A DNA stretch of 64,000 bases, taken from the human T2T-CHM13v2.0 reference genome, Homo sapiens. Below the pieces are notes generated by a model. That model did not search any database and was not told the origin of the DNA. It saw only the letters and a list, made by a program, of their open reading frames with translations. The stretch lies in the NCBI RefSeq assembly GCF_009914755.1, contig NC_060938.1, one strand, 5' to 3'. The position numbers and the translations under genes were made by a program. Shown piece after piece: positions 33,111-52,014 of this stretch; the first letter of the stretch is position 1, and every line of letters starts with the position of its first letter.

Positions 33111-33824
33111 CTAAAAAGGGAAAATAACAGTTACAAAGGCAATTTATACCGCCCTTTACAAAAAATGCTAAAACACTTGAATTAGTATCTCAACATATTT
33201 TTTATCTTTTCCTGATATACATACCATCTAAGCTGGAACAGTGGTACTTAAACTCTGCTTCATAGTTCCAAAGAGTTGAAGACCAATGTTTAAATATATT
33301 CTTTACTACTTAATTTTTGCCTAGCATAATAAGTAATGAGAACAATAATTTTCAAAATCCTACCTACAGTTACATTTAAGAGAAAGAAGGCCCAGGAGCA
33401 GTGGTTCACGCCTATAATCCTAGGACTCTGGAAGGCTCAGGCTGAGGCGGGTGGATCGCTTGAGCCCAGGAGTTCAAGACCAGCCTAAGCAACATGGAGA
33501 AACACCATCTCTACAAAAAATATAAAAGTTAGCTGGGTATAGTGGGTGCCTGTAGTCCCAGCTACTCAGAAGACTGAGGGGGGGAGGATCACCTGAGCCC
33601 AGGAGGTAGACGTTGTGGAGAGCCATGATCCTGTCACTGCACTGGGTGACACCAGCCTGGGTGACAGAGACCCTGTCTCAAAAAAAAAAAAAAAAAAGGA
33701 AAAAAACTATTGGATATTACCTGAGTTGCAGAAACCTGCTGTGGATTAAAATGATGCAATAATAACCACAAATAGATTTAAGTCCTATCACATGGAAATG
33801 GGACTAATACCTTGGCTATACCAC

Positions 33825-34052
33825 TATTTCTCGTCCTGGGGAGATTCTGCCCTCAGAAGACAATGGGCAATGTCTAGAGATAGTTTTCGTTGACACGATG
33901 AGGGGTGAGAAGGAATAGGTAGGGGCTGCTACTGAGATCTAGTGGGTAAAGGCCGAGGATGTCGCTAAACATTTTATAATGAATGGGACAGACCCCACAA
34001 CAAAGAATTAACCAACCCCTAATGTTAATAGTGCCAAAGTTGAGAAACCCTG
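33825..34052. mobile_element. MER20-like hAT-Charlie fossil
   Basis: ccccacaacaaagaatta...aatagtgccaaagttgagaaaccctg. Confidence 0.75.
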
Positions 34053-34509
34053 GGCTAGAACAGCCTTCTCTCTTACCCATTATTAAGGAGAAATCCCAGA
34101 GTTCTTATTTGCTGTGCTGCCTGTGAGATTGCCCCCATTTATTTTACAATATGAATAAACTTAGATTTAGGACAGAATGCTTGGTGCTGAAGTATAATTA
34201 ATATTTGAGTGTTTGCTATGTGCCATAAACTTTTCTAAATGCCCTTTACATACATTAGTTATCAAAACAACCCTCTCCTGGGTAGGGACATTATCCCCAT
34301 TCTTCAGATGAGGAAACTGAGGCACAAAGAATGTTTCCAAGTTTGTACAGTTACATATAGCAGAGTTGGGATTAAGACCCCGAAAGTTTGACTTCGTAGC
34401 CTGCAGTCTTGTCTTAGGTTTCTAAGTTTTAATAAGTTGTGTTTCAAACATTCTGGGAACTGAATTGTAATCACAGTGTTGTAGTAGGAACCCCAACATA
34501 AAATCATAC

Positions 34510-34542
34510 CTCATTTCCCTGTTGATCCAGATCTTGCTCTTC
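34510..34542 (-). CDS. NEMF: NEMF exon 29, 33-nt mini-exon (EEQDLDQQGNE)
   Basis: aacag|GAA...GAG|gtatga, phase 0/0. Confidence 0.88.
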
Positions 34543-35032
34543 CTGTTCCGAACATATAAAAATAAAAATGTCAGCTATAATGTAAAATGAAAATTCCACA
34601 TCATTAAACCATAAGGAGAAAGAAACAGTGATACAACCAGACTGTCATTTCTGACCCACAGGATAGGGGGCCTCAAGGTTATATTCTTCCTAAGACTCTG
34701 AAGTGGATTCGTATATGTGTTTGTGTGTGTCTGTTTTATTACTTAAGAAAGTAATGTCATTCAAGAGAAGAAGGGTAGTTCTCTGAAGTAGAGGAGATGG
34801 GAACTGAAACTTTCATATAAAGTATATGTTAAAGCAGCAAAAGTTACAAGTACAATTTAAAATGACAACTAAGGTTGATAAGTTTGCCAGGAGAAAAGCA
34901 AATGGAGAATTTTGGTCAACAGAACTTTTATTTTTAAATATCTGTTCAACAGTTTTGGATAAATTTTTCCCATATCCCATAAAATATGCTTAATTTTGTT
35001 TGCTTAAGAAAAATCTATCTGGAGATAACTGA

Positions 35033-35491
<459 letters not shown>

Positions 35492-35778
35492 CCTACTCAT
35501 GAAAGAACATTAATAATTAACACCTCTAGTGAGTATTTGTGAGTCTAGGATTTACAGAACATAAGGATATTGTACAAATTTTAAAAGCCAAAATGAGTTT
35601 TAGTATTACTAAACAACAACTGTTCAGCAGGAAAAAAAAGAAAATAGTAATACAGAATCCCTGTAAGCATTACCTGCACTAAACTGAGCACACAATTATA
35701 ACTCAAGCTTTACATAAAAAAAATGCTGGTGACAAAGGTAAAAATTTTTTATCTGGCCTCTATTTTAAGCCGTTATTA

Positions 35779-36172
<394 letters not shown>

Positions 36173-36305
36173 TCATCTTAGCTGGAAAAATACGAACTCA
36201 CTGGTTTTGTAACCAGAGTACTTGGCTCTTAAATGGTGTACTCATTTTCAACATTATGTACGACCATATGGCATAGATTCCTATAGAAAAGCTTAGAGAA
36301 AGTGA

Positions 36306-36557
<252 letters not shown>

Positions 36558-36831
36558 TAGCCAGCATGGTCTCAATCTCCTGACCTTGTGATCTGCCTGC
36601 CTTGGCCTCTCAAAGTGCTGGGATTACAGGCGTGAGCCACCGTGCCAGGCCTCTCTGTCTTAATTTAACTCAGTTCCCATCAGAATCAAAGCCTCTCCGT
36701 AAAACTGATTACTTCCTAAAGGCTTGTAACAAAATTGTTATCAGCTATCAGTACTACCATTATCATGCTTAGATAAGATACTGCAATTTTAGTCTTTCAG
36801 GTTGTATTTCTGGATGACATTCCATTAAGAA

Positions 36832-36907
36832 TAGGGTTACTCACTTGTCTTGGTTTTAGCACTGAAAGTCCCATGTCCTGGGAACTCCAGGATGGGTAAT
36901 CACCCTA
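36832..36907. mobile_element. MER81-like hAT-Blackjack MITE
   Basis: TIRs tagggt.../...cacccta. Perfect 8-bp TSD ATTAAGAA at 36824-36831 and 36908-36915. Confidence 0.75.
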
Positions 36908-37159
<252 letters not shown>

Positions 37160-37278
37160 TCAGTCAGTGTTGTATTTTCAATACTGTGAATATTTTAACA
37201 AGAATGTATTGAATGCCTGTCATACGCTAGGCAGTGGGCTAGATGCCCATTTGAAAAGCAAAAGAAAAAATGTTTTTA

Positions 37279-37368
<90 letters not shown>

Positions 37369-38453
37369 CTACAAAATCAGAAGATTTTGGTTGGAAATAT
37401 TCAGCAGCAAAAAAATGTCAACAAATACTTGCAAAGAAATGGTGTTACTTTATATTCTCTGTCAAAAATGCTTACTGAATAAGGCACCATTATAATAAAC
37501 AATATGAAGGCTACAAAGTTGGATAACTGAAGTCCTCATCTTCAAGGAATTTACCATAGGGTGGAGAGAAGATACACAGAGAAGTAAGAATACATTAACA
37601 AAACATAAAGAACTGTGAGGAAGAAATAAAGTAAAACAGTATTGGAAAAGCAAGTCTAAAAAGGAAGAGAACAGTAATAGCAAGTCATCACATTTGGTTT
37701 GGGTCAGGGTACACATGGAGGAAGAACAGGAAATAAAGCAGCAAAGCTAGGCTAGGCACTTATTCTAGAGGCTTTCAAGACTCTGTATTTTATTAAATAA
37801 ACCAATGATTCTTTACCCTGATTACATCCCCAAATCACTCTAGGGGTTTTAAACTATAAACATCTAGGCCCCGCCCTAGAGATTTTTGTCTTGATTAACT
37901 GTGTTAACTGGGACTGAAATAACACATTTTGAAAATTATAAATTTGTGTCCCTAAACAGGACACAAACACCGTAAAAGACTGATACATCAGACTCAATTA
38001 GAATTTAAAAATGCTACTCATCAAAAAAGACTATTAAAAAGTGAAAAACAGCAATCCCCAAAGTGTGAAAAACGCTTGCAATACATATATCCGAGAAAGG
38101 ACTTGTATTCAGGATTGCAGAGAACCCTTATACATCAACTAGAAAGACAGGACAAACCAATTTTTAAAATAGGCACTTCGAAAGAGGATACACAAAGGTC
38201 CAAAAAACATGAGAAAGCGCTCAATATCATTAGTCATCAGGAACATGAAATAAAAGCCAAATGAGCTATCAGCATATACACACTTAAATGACTGAAAAAA
38301 GAAAACAATACCAAGTGTTACTACGGATGGGGGACAACTGGAACTCTCATACACTGCTTGGTGGGAAATTGATACAGGTGCTCTGGAAAACTGATTGACA
38401 GGATCTAATAAAGGCAAACAACATGTATGCCACAACCCAGAAAATTCCACTCA

Positions 38454-38786
<333 letters not shown>

Positions 38787-38919
38787 TCAAAAAACAAAAA
38801 AAATGTCAAGTGGGGATATTCTTAGCAAGTGGCAAGCATGAGCCTTCTGGCTGGGCGCAGTGGCTCACGCCTGTAATCCCAGCACTTTGGGTGGCCGAGG
38901 CGGGTGGATCACAAGGTCA

Positions 38920-39234
<315 letters not shown>

Positions 39235-39270
39235 TTATAAAAATTCACTGAGGCCAGGCATGGTGGCTCA

Positions 39271-39548
<278 letters not shown>

Positions 39549-40239
39549 TCACTGAGCCAAAGATTTGTGCATTTTACTACTATGTACACTGTACCTCAAA
39601 AAAAAATTGAGAAAGAATATTGTAACCAATAAACAGGACTGAGGAATGGAAAACCTGATGACAACAGAGTTTCTTAGAAAATACAACTTCGGAAAACCAA
39701 CTTCAAAAAAAATCCCGGAAAACCTGAATAAACCTAAAATCATTAAAGAAATTGAAATTAGTTCTTACAAACCTCCTCAAAATAGCCAGGCATGGTGGCA
39801 CACACCTGTGGTCTCAGCTACTAGGGAAGCTGAGATGGGAGGATTGCTTGAGCCCAGGAGGTCGAGGCTGCAGTGAGCCAAGATTGCAACACTACATCCC
39901 AGCCTGGGCAACAAAGTAAGACCCAGTCTAAAAAAAAAAAAAGTCTCCTCACAAAACCCAAAACATTAGGTCTAGTTTTATAAGCAAATGCTATCCAATT
40001 TCAAGGAACAATCTCCGTTTTTTGACAGAGTTCTTGCTCTGTCACCCAGGCTGGAGTGCAGTGCATGACCTTGGCTCATTGCAACCTCTGCCTCCCAGGC
40101 TCAAGCAATTATCCTGCCTCAGCCTCCAAGAAGCTGGGACCTACAGGTCCCACCACACCCGGCTAATTTTTGTATTTTTAATACAGATGGGGTTTCACCA
40201 TGTTAGCCAGGCAGGTCTTGAACTCCTGACCTCAGGTGA

Positions 40240-40365
<126 letters not shown>

Positions 40366-42479
40366 TGAAACTGGTATAATGTAAACACAAAAAACAGGCA
40401 GAGACGGTATGAGAAATTAGAAGCCAATTAATATATTTTTCTCAACTAATATACCATACTGACTAACAGATAAAATAATACAATAGTCTGGGCATGGTGG
40501 CTTATGCCTGTTAATTTTAGCACTTTTGGATAACAAGCAGGAGGATAACTTGAGCCTAGGAGTTAGACCAGCCTGGGCAAATAGGAAGAGCCTGTCTCTA
40601 AAAATAGTAAAAATAAAAATTAGCCAGACATGGTGGCACATGCCTGTGATCCCAGCTGTTTGGGAAGCTGAGGTATTAGGATGGTTTGGGCCCAGGAGAT
40701 CAAGGCTGCAGTGAGCCATAACCACACCACTGCGGTCCAGCCTGGGCAACAGAGTGACACCCTGTCTCAAAAAAACAAACAAAAAGAATGCAATAGACAC
40801 AGAAAAACCATTCAGTAACATTTAACTCATCGTTATTAAAAATAACTTTCAAAAAGGTGTCCTTCAACAACCCAAAGGAAACATCCCGCAATGATAAAAT
40901 CTTAGAAACAGTTCCTGTAATGGAATTAACAAAGATATACACGATTACTACTTCTATGAAACATTATATTTTTGCTTTTCAGTCACTGCAAAAAAAAACA
41001 TGGGGAAAATAAAAAGATATTAAGACTAGAAGAAAAGCCATAATTTGCAGACGATATGACTGCCTACAGATGAAGTATTAAAATTAGTAAGTGCTCTATA
41101 AGATTGCCCATTACTTGATCAACATGAAAGTTGTCTTCCCATGTACCAGCAAGTAACAGCTAGGAAATGAAAGTTTCAAAAATAGGTAGGGCGCAGTGGC
41201 TCACGTCTGTAATCCCAACACTTTGGGAGGCTGAGGCGGGCAGATTGCTCAGTTATAGTTTTATAATTGCACAATTATAGTTTTCCACAGGAAGACTCAA
41301 AGTGGTAAAAATGACAATTCCCCAGAAAATAATCTAAAAGTTTAATGTATTTTAATAAACATTCTATCAGGATTTGCCTTGAAACTTAACCTATCTGCAG
41401 AATATTTCATTGTAAAAATGCATCATTTATTGTTATTTCACATTGTTGTACACTTAAGATTAATTGCAGTATTTTTTTGCTACTACAAATATAAACTTCA
41501 ACGTCCTCGTTGCGTACCCATAATTTTTTTTAGGATAAATTCCTATAAGAGGAATTGCTGAGTCAAAGGGCAGAAGCACTGTTAAGACTTTTGACTGGAA
41601 TTCCCATGTTGTACACTCAAACTGACAATGTAGTATCTATTAATTTGATGGGTAAAAAAAATTCCCCAGGTTTACACAGCATTTCTGTCATCACTTTTTT
41701 TTTTTCCAGATTTGTCATTTGTTTTTTAATTTTACTGGTGGTTCTTTACTTTCTCCACCTGCAATTCACTGTGGTACCGTTTTCACATGGTTAGCCATCA
41801 TTTTGAATATTTCATATCTTCTCAAATGATCTACAATATTATTTTATCACGTACTAAAATGCTAAATATCAGGTAGTGGTCCTCTGTCTAGATTTTATTC
41901 TGTCTCATTTTTTTCTGTCTAGCTATTCCTATGTTAATAACATGCTGTTGTAAAAATTCTAGCATTAAATATTTTACTACCTCATAGGGAAATCCCTCCT
42001 TATTTCCTTAGCTATTCTCAAGCATTACTCCTTCCAAAATAAATTTACAATTATTTTATCAAGCATTAAAATCTCAATTCTGATTAAAGTCATGTTGAAT
42101 TTACATATGAGAGGAATTTATATTTTTATTAGGTTGAGTCTTCCCTTCCTTATGCACATGTCATTTGCAGCTCACTGGAAAAAAGCATAGGAAAATCTGA
42201 CCTGTATGGAAGAAGGAAAGATCATAAAACATCTTTATAAAGATTATAGCCTAGTGTGGTGGCATGCACTTGTGGTCCCAGCTACTTAGGAGGCTGAGGT
42301 AGGAGGAATGCGTGAGCCCAGGAGTTCAAAGCTGTAGTATGCTACAAACATGCCTGTAAATAGCCACTACACTCCAGCCTGGGCAACAGAGCAAGACCCT
42401 GTCTCTAAAAAAAAAAAAAAAAAAAAATTGAAAAGAAATTTAAATTTTAAAAGGGGTACACTGATAAATTAGCCCATAA

Positions 42480-42713
<234 letters not shown>

Positions 42714-43545
42714 TAGGCTGGTCTTGAACTCCTGGCCTCAAGTGATCCACCTGCTTCAGCCTCCCAAAGTGCTGAGATTACACGCATGAGCCACTGTGCC
42801 TGGCTGCTACAGCATTTTGAAGAGTGTATTATATCATAACCAGACATGGTGGCTAACACACCTCTAGTTACAAGCACTTTGGGAGGGTGAGGCAGGAAGA
42901 TCACTTGAGCCTGGGAGTTTGAGACCAGCCCAGACAATATAGTTAGACCCCATCGTTACAAAAAATAAAAAAATTTAGCTGAGCATGGTGGCATGCACCT
43001 GTGCGGTCCCAGCTACTTGGAAGACTGAGATGGGAGGATCACTTGAGCCTAGGAGTTAAGGCTAGTGCAGTGAGCCCTGACTGCACCACTGCATTCCAGC
43101 GTGGGTGACAGAGCAAGACTATCTTGGGGGAGCTGACAGCGGGGTTGGGGGGTGGGGAGGTGGGGGCAGGGGCAGTGTGGAAAGAGTATGTTCTATCATA
43201 AGTACTTCTTTCTTCACCATCCACCTTTAGCAAAATATCTAAGAACTCTAACCAAAATCTAAAAATTACTGAGCTAAATTCTCAATAAATATCAGCTCTG
43301 CTACTTAACTAGCTGGGTGACTTTGGCAAGCCATAATCTCCTATTACTCTTCCAGATAAAATGAGAGCTTCTGTGCAGATGATCTTGAAAGTCTAAAGAA
43401 CTTCTAATAGTGATCTCTGTGTTCCCTAAATGCTGTATCTACTCAACTAATTTTTAGTCAAAGGAAATCACACAGGATTATTTTTTGGCCTACATTTTCT
43501 ATTTCACTTCAACTTTAAAAAATTAAAAAGGAACCTCACAAATTA

Positions 43546-43758
<213 letters not shown>

Positions 43759-45256
43759 TCATTCTTAGAATTTGAAATTCTTAGTGCCCTAAAAAAGTTC
43801 CATGGGGAAGGCACATATACAGTATATAAATGGTCATGGCTTCTGCTTCACTTGATAATCACCAAGTTAGAAAATACAAAGATGCTTAAAATCATCATGT
43901 GGGAAAAAGATGCAAGTTTTTCATCTCTCATGGATTTATCTTTCTTTCCATCATCCAAGCTCAACATATTGTCACCCCTGACTCATCCTTACTCACTAGG
44001 CACATTTTGCCCCTGATCACCTTGATGGCCAGGCACTGGGATTTGTAGTCTTTGTACCAACATAGCATTGGCAGGTCTTAGGCATTCAATAAAACATCTG
44101 TTGACCGGTTGGTTGACTAAATGGATTAAAAATACACAGGTTAAGAAGGAAGGGTAAATTTTATTACTGTGGTATTCTTCTTTCTGTTCCCAATGCCAAC
44201 GTCTTAGTTCAGGTCCTCATTACATCCCACCCAGACTTCCTCCAGAGTCTACATACTCTGAATTTTTTTTTTTTAAAACGGAGTTTGTGCCACCACACCC
44301 AGTTAACTTTGTATTTTTAGTAGATATGGGGTTTCACCATGTTGGTCAGGCTGGTCTCAAACTCCTGACCTCAGGTGATCTATTCGCCTTGGCCTCCCAA
44401 AGTGCTGGGATTATAGGCGTGAGCCACCACATCCGGCCATTAACTTCTATATTAATCTTCCTTAATCATTTGCCTATGTCACATTCTCTTCGTATCACTT
44501 TAAAGGGTATAGTCCAAAATCCTTAGCTTTTAAGTACTCCACTTTTAGTCCAAATTTACTTCTCCAATCATATTATCTACCATTTAATACACAAACTTTC
44601 TCTTCCTTCCAACTCAGTCTATTTATCATTTCCCCAAAGCACTATGCATATTACCCCAAAGAAGCACTCCCCTTTGTTAATGCTAATTCTCCTTGGAGTC
44701 TCCCTCCTTCATTTACTTAACTGCTAACATATCTTTCAAGGTATACTTCTGATGTTATTTCCCCAAACATCTGAACTCACAGCAATCTCTTACTCTTGAA
44801 CTACTTTATCACTTTCAGACACTATTTACATATTTATGACTACTTCCTGAATCCAGGACTCAAAAGCTTCTTGAAGGCATGAGCTTTATACTTCACCTCT
44901 TTGTATACTCAGTAAGTATCTAGCACAGGGCTATGTGCTCAGAATTCTCTGTAATTGTTCAATGATTATGTTTCTCAAATGAAAAGGCTTTATTGTCCAT
45001 TCTGTTCTAGGGCCTCTTCCTGGAGTGCTTTAGTTTGCTTAGTCTTTCCCACCCTACAGTAGTTGTTCCCTTCCCTTCCGCCCTTCCCTTGCTTCTACTT
45101 GCTTCCTGAGACCTGCTATTAAAAAAAAAAAAAAAATCGGCCAGGCGCGGTGGCTCACACCTGTAATCCAGCACTTTGGGAGGCCAAGGCGGGTGGATCG
45201 CGAGGTCAGAAGATCGAGACAATCCTGCCTAACACGGTGAAACCCCATCTCTACTA

Positions 45257-45421
<165 letters not shown>

Positions 45422-45584
45422 TCAAAAAAAACAAAAAACAAAAAATCAACTATTCTGCCTTACATAAAACTTTCCTAATTTCAGGTATTCATATTTATTC
45501 CTGACAATATCACCCTAGAACTAGTCTATGTAATACACTGAAATCATTATTGTACATGTTTATGTAATAAAAGGTCTTATTAGA

Positions 45585-47053
<1,469 letters not shown>

Positions 47054-47266
47054 ACTAGGTCTATTTCATTGATTATAGTTATAGATTAGGGCCCTTAAAC
47101 AGAAAAATGTATTAGAGCTTAATATTAAAAACTAAACATTTGTGCTAAATCTTGGTAAATTTAATGAGAAAGTCTTTAAACAGCTAAGTAATCTGTGGTA
47201 GCTGAGCTATCAATTAAAAAAAAAAGAAAAACATGCTTTTTAGTTAATTAACACAGATGTGTTTAC

Positions 47267-47316
47267 CTTCTTTCCTTGGCTGACAAATGTCTCCGGCTCT
47301 GTGATTTACTGTCACT
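47267..47316 (-). CDS. NEMF: NEMF exon 25 (SDSKSQSRRHLSAKERR)
   Basis: aatag|AGT...AG|gtaaac, 50 nt. Confidence 0.93.
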
Positions 47317-47427
47317 CTATTAAAACAAAAAAACAGGCAAATGCAAATATCACTATTAACTTTTTTGAAAAGTAGAAAATTATTCACTGAGAATCGGATG
47401 TTCTTCATAAAACTGAAAATAGCTTAC

Positions 47428-47470
47428 AGAATTAGAAGATTCCTCTTTTGAAGCCAATTTCTGGATGGAC
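47428..47470 (-). CDS. NEMF: NEMF exon 24 (SIQKLASKEESSNS)
   Basis: catag|G...TCT|gtaagc, 43 nt. Confidence 0.92.
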
Positions 47471-48210
47471 CTATGAAAATAAACACAAGGGAGTCTCTAC
47501 TAGCCTGTAAAAGACATGCATTTACAAAGTCCCAAAACATTCCCATATCATACTCTTAAGTACTGGCAATCCAACAAATTTTCAAATTTGGTGAAGTGAG
47601 AAAAACATACAACCAAATTGCTCCTCTCTCCACACTTCCATATACATTTTTAAATAGGTGACGTGTATTGAAAACTTACTGTGTGTCAGGCACTGCCAGA
47701 TGGTATACACGCATGAAACCTTCACCAAATCCCTATGAAAGGGATACCATTCTGTTTTCACCAAGAAGGAAACTGAAGCTTAAGCACAAAGTAATTTTCC
47801 CAAGGACGCACCCTAAGACCCAATACTGGTCTGTCTGACTCCTAGACTGTTCTGAATTACCCCTAAGTTAATTATGCATTTATAACTATGGACTATTCAC
47901 CTGATGATCTGCAAAACATTATATAGACTAAAACACATTTCTTTGATGGAATTGCCTTTGTTATGTTTTTAGCATTTATAACCATTTACTTGTTTCTATT
48001 TGGATCTAGTTTGGCCACTCTATATGCACTGTATTTTTCTACCCTGGTCCTGGGAATTTCTTTGCAGAGAGACCCAATCAAATGTTGAAAAAGTATTAAG
48101 ACAATGGAGTGTAAAAGTACTGATGTCAATCTTGGTATTATCTTTGTAAGGATTACCTCATCATCATTCTCAGCTTACACAATAATATGTAAAATTTTAT
48201 TTTTTAATTA

Positions 48211-48522
<312 letters not shown>

Positions 48523-49062
48523 CTACCAACCAAGCCAGGTGATTTCCTAAAAATGTCATAAAAATATTCCACTGTTTCTCCCATATTTCTCCAAAAAATC
48601 AACAGAAAAGTGTCTGATCATTCCCAAAGGGTACTCTTAGACAAAAGAATAACCTGTATCATGAATAGGTTGAACTAAATGATCTCCAAGATCCTTTACC
48701 ACAATAAATTTCTTGGACATTGCTACCCTTTCAACAATGAAAACCACAACTCTGCCTTAGTTGGGTATTTCCAAAAACCAAGACAGCAAAATTAGTTGCA
48801 TAACTTTTGCTGCTTTTATTATAATTTGCACATAAAAACTTAAATACGTATTATATAACGCCCACATAGCAGGTGCTCATTCTTCTGCAAAAGGAACACT
48901 GTCTAATAGTAGTAACAGGGTCTACCGCCTCACCTGTAAAATGAGATGCCACCACTCATCTGACAAGGATGGTTGTGAGAATAGAAAATAATGTAAATAG
49001 GCCAGGTGCAGTGGCTCATGCCTGTAATCCTAGCACTCTGGGAGGCCGAGGTGGGTGGATCA

Positions 49063-49317
<255 letters not shown>

Positions 49318-50234
49318 TTATACAGTCCCAGGGAAATGGTGAGCCTCAATCAACAAAATCTTGCAGCACAACAGTAATAGTAAATGAAACAATGCAATAT
49401 TACCTGTAAAGAGGAATGACCTTAGCAGAGAGAATAACTACAAAAGTAGTTTAGTGGGAATATTTTCCCTAGTTTCCTCAGGTAGGCAGATGAATTTATT
49501 CCAGCAACTATAATTGCTCTCTACTTGAAACAAATATTTTATTAAATCAAGCCAAATTTTCATATGAGAAACTGCACTTTATAAATTCATCTATCACTTG
49601 TAATTCCTAAACCCAAAACTAAATGCTAATGCACATTTACCCGAGTCTACCTTTGTTAAACACATTTATGCATTACCCATTAAATACTGAAGTCTCACTA
49701 TATAAACATACATTAAAGTATGTTAGTATGGATCCAATTAAATACTTTTTTTTTTTTTTGAGACAGGGTCTCATTCTGTGGCCCAGGCTGGAGTGCAGTG
49801 GCAGTGGCGTGATCTAGGCTCACTGTAACCTCTGCCTCCCAGGTTCAAGCAATCCTCCTACCTCAGCCTCTTCAGTAGCTGGGACTATAGGCGCTCACAA
49901 CGCCTGGGTGATTTTTTTGGTAGAGATGGTTTTGCCATGTTGCCCAGGCTGGTCTCAAACTCCTGAGCTCTAGCAATCCACCTGCCTCGGACTCCCAAAA
50001 GTGCTGGGATTACAGACATGAGCCACAATGCCCGGACTGATAAATACTTTTAAATTCACTAGAATAAGTATATTTAGCATTTCCAAAAAAAAAAAAATTC
50101 AGTAAAACAGCACGTACTTTGGGTTTTCGGGGTTTTTTTGAAATTTAGATTATCCCAAAGAGACATGATCTTCTAAGGATTTAGAAGCAAAACTAGGTAA
50201 CAAAAAACATCACAAGCTAATTTCTTAAAATCTA

Positions 50235-50363
<129 letters not shown>

Positions 50364-50419
50364 CTAAAGAAACAGTTATTTTTCAGTGACGGAGCTTCAG
50401 ACAAGACTAATGAAAATCA

Positions 50420-50536
<117 letters not shown>

Positions 50537-50946
50537 TTAATGCTTTGAAAATCAGTCTTCTCCATTTTTTGCTTGTAAAACAAAAAAAAATTAGTGTCAG
50601 ATGACACTAATGGTCATATCCATTTTGTCTTTTACTATGTCAAGAATAACATTTCCCATTTATAGAACTGGGCAGTATGTATAGGAACAGTTATTAAGAA
50701 GTAAAAAATATACACACTTGCTCTGATATTCTGGGTCAGTCAGACCCTGAATATTCTATTTTCAGAAATAAGTTCAGGCTATCCTTTCTTACCCTTATAA
50801 CTAAACTATGTGAAAGTGCACTGCCCTCAATAAAAATATACATGAAGAAGATATGACAAACACTAAACTTGTCACACCAAGGCAAAAATTTCTTTACTTC
50901 ATAGCAGACTTCACATAGGAAATCCGAGTAATTTGTTTTTGTTCTA

Positions 50947-51129
<183 letters not shown>

Positions 51130-51309
51130 CTAGTTTTCTTTTTCCACTTGAGGAGAAAGTAAAGTCAGAGTCAAGTAAGCCACACTGTCTTCTGAAAAGT
51201 TTATAATTTCGTACAAATTCTCAATACTAAAGGGAAAGATACCCCTTTAATGACAGATAAGCCTTTGGAAGTAACAAAGAAAAAAACAAAGAATCCACTA
51301 CATCAATAA

Positions 51310-51534
<225 letters not shown>

Positions 51535-51789
51535 TGAACTCCTAACCTCATGATCCGCCTGCCTCGGCCTCCCAAAGTGCTGGGATTACAGGCGTGAGCC
51601 ACTATGCCCGGCAATAATTTTCAAATGCCATGGACGACAGCCAGAACTGGTCCACTCATCTCTTCCAGCATGAGATGTAATGAGAAAACTAAGGATAGGT
51701 TAATGAGCTTATCATAAAGCTATGTTTACTAAAATAAAGCTCTATTTATTAAATAAAATCCTTGTCTAAGATACTGTTTTTGATAATAA

Positions 51790-52014
<225 letters not shown>

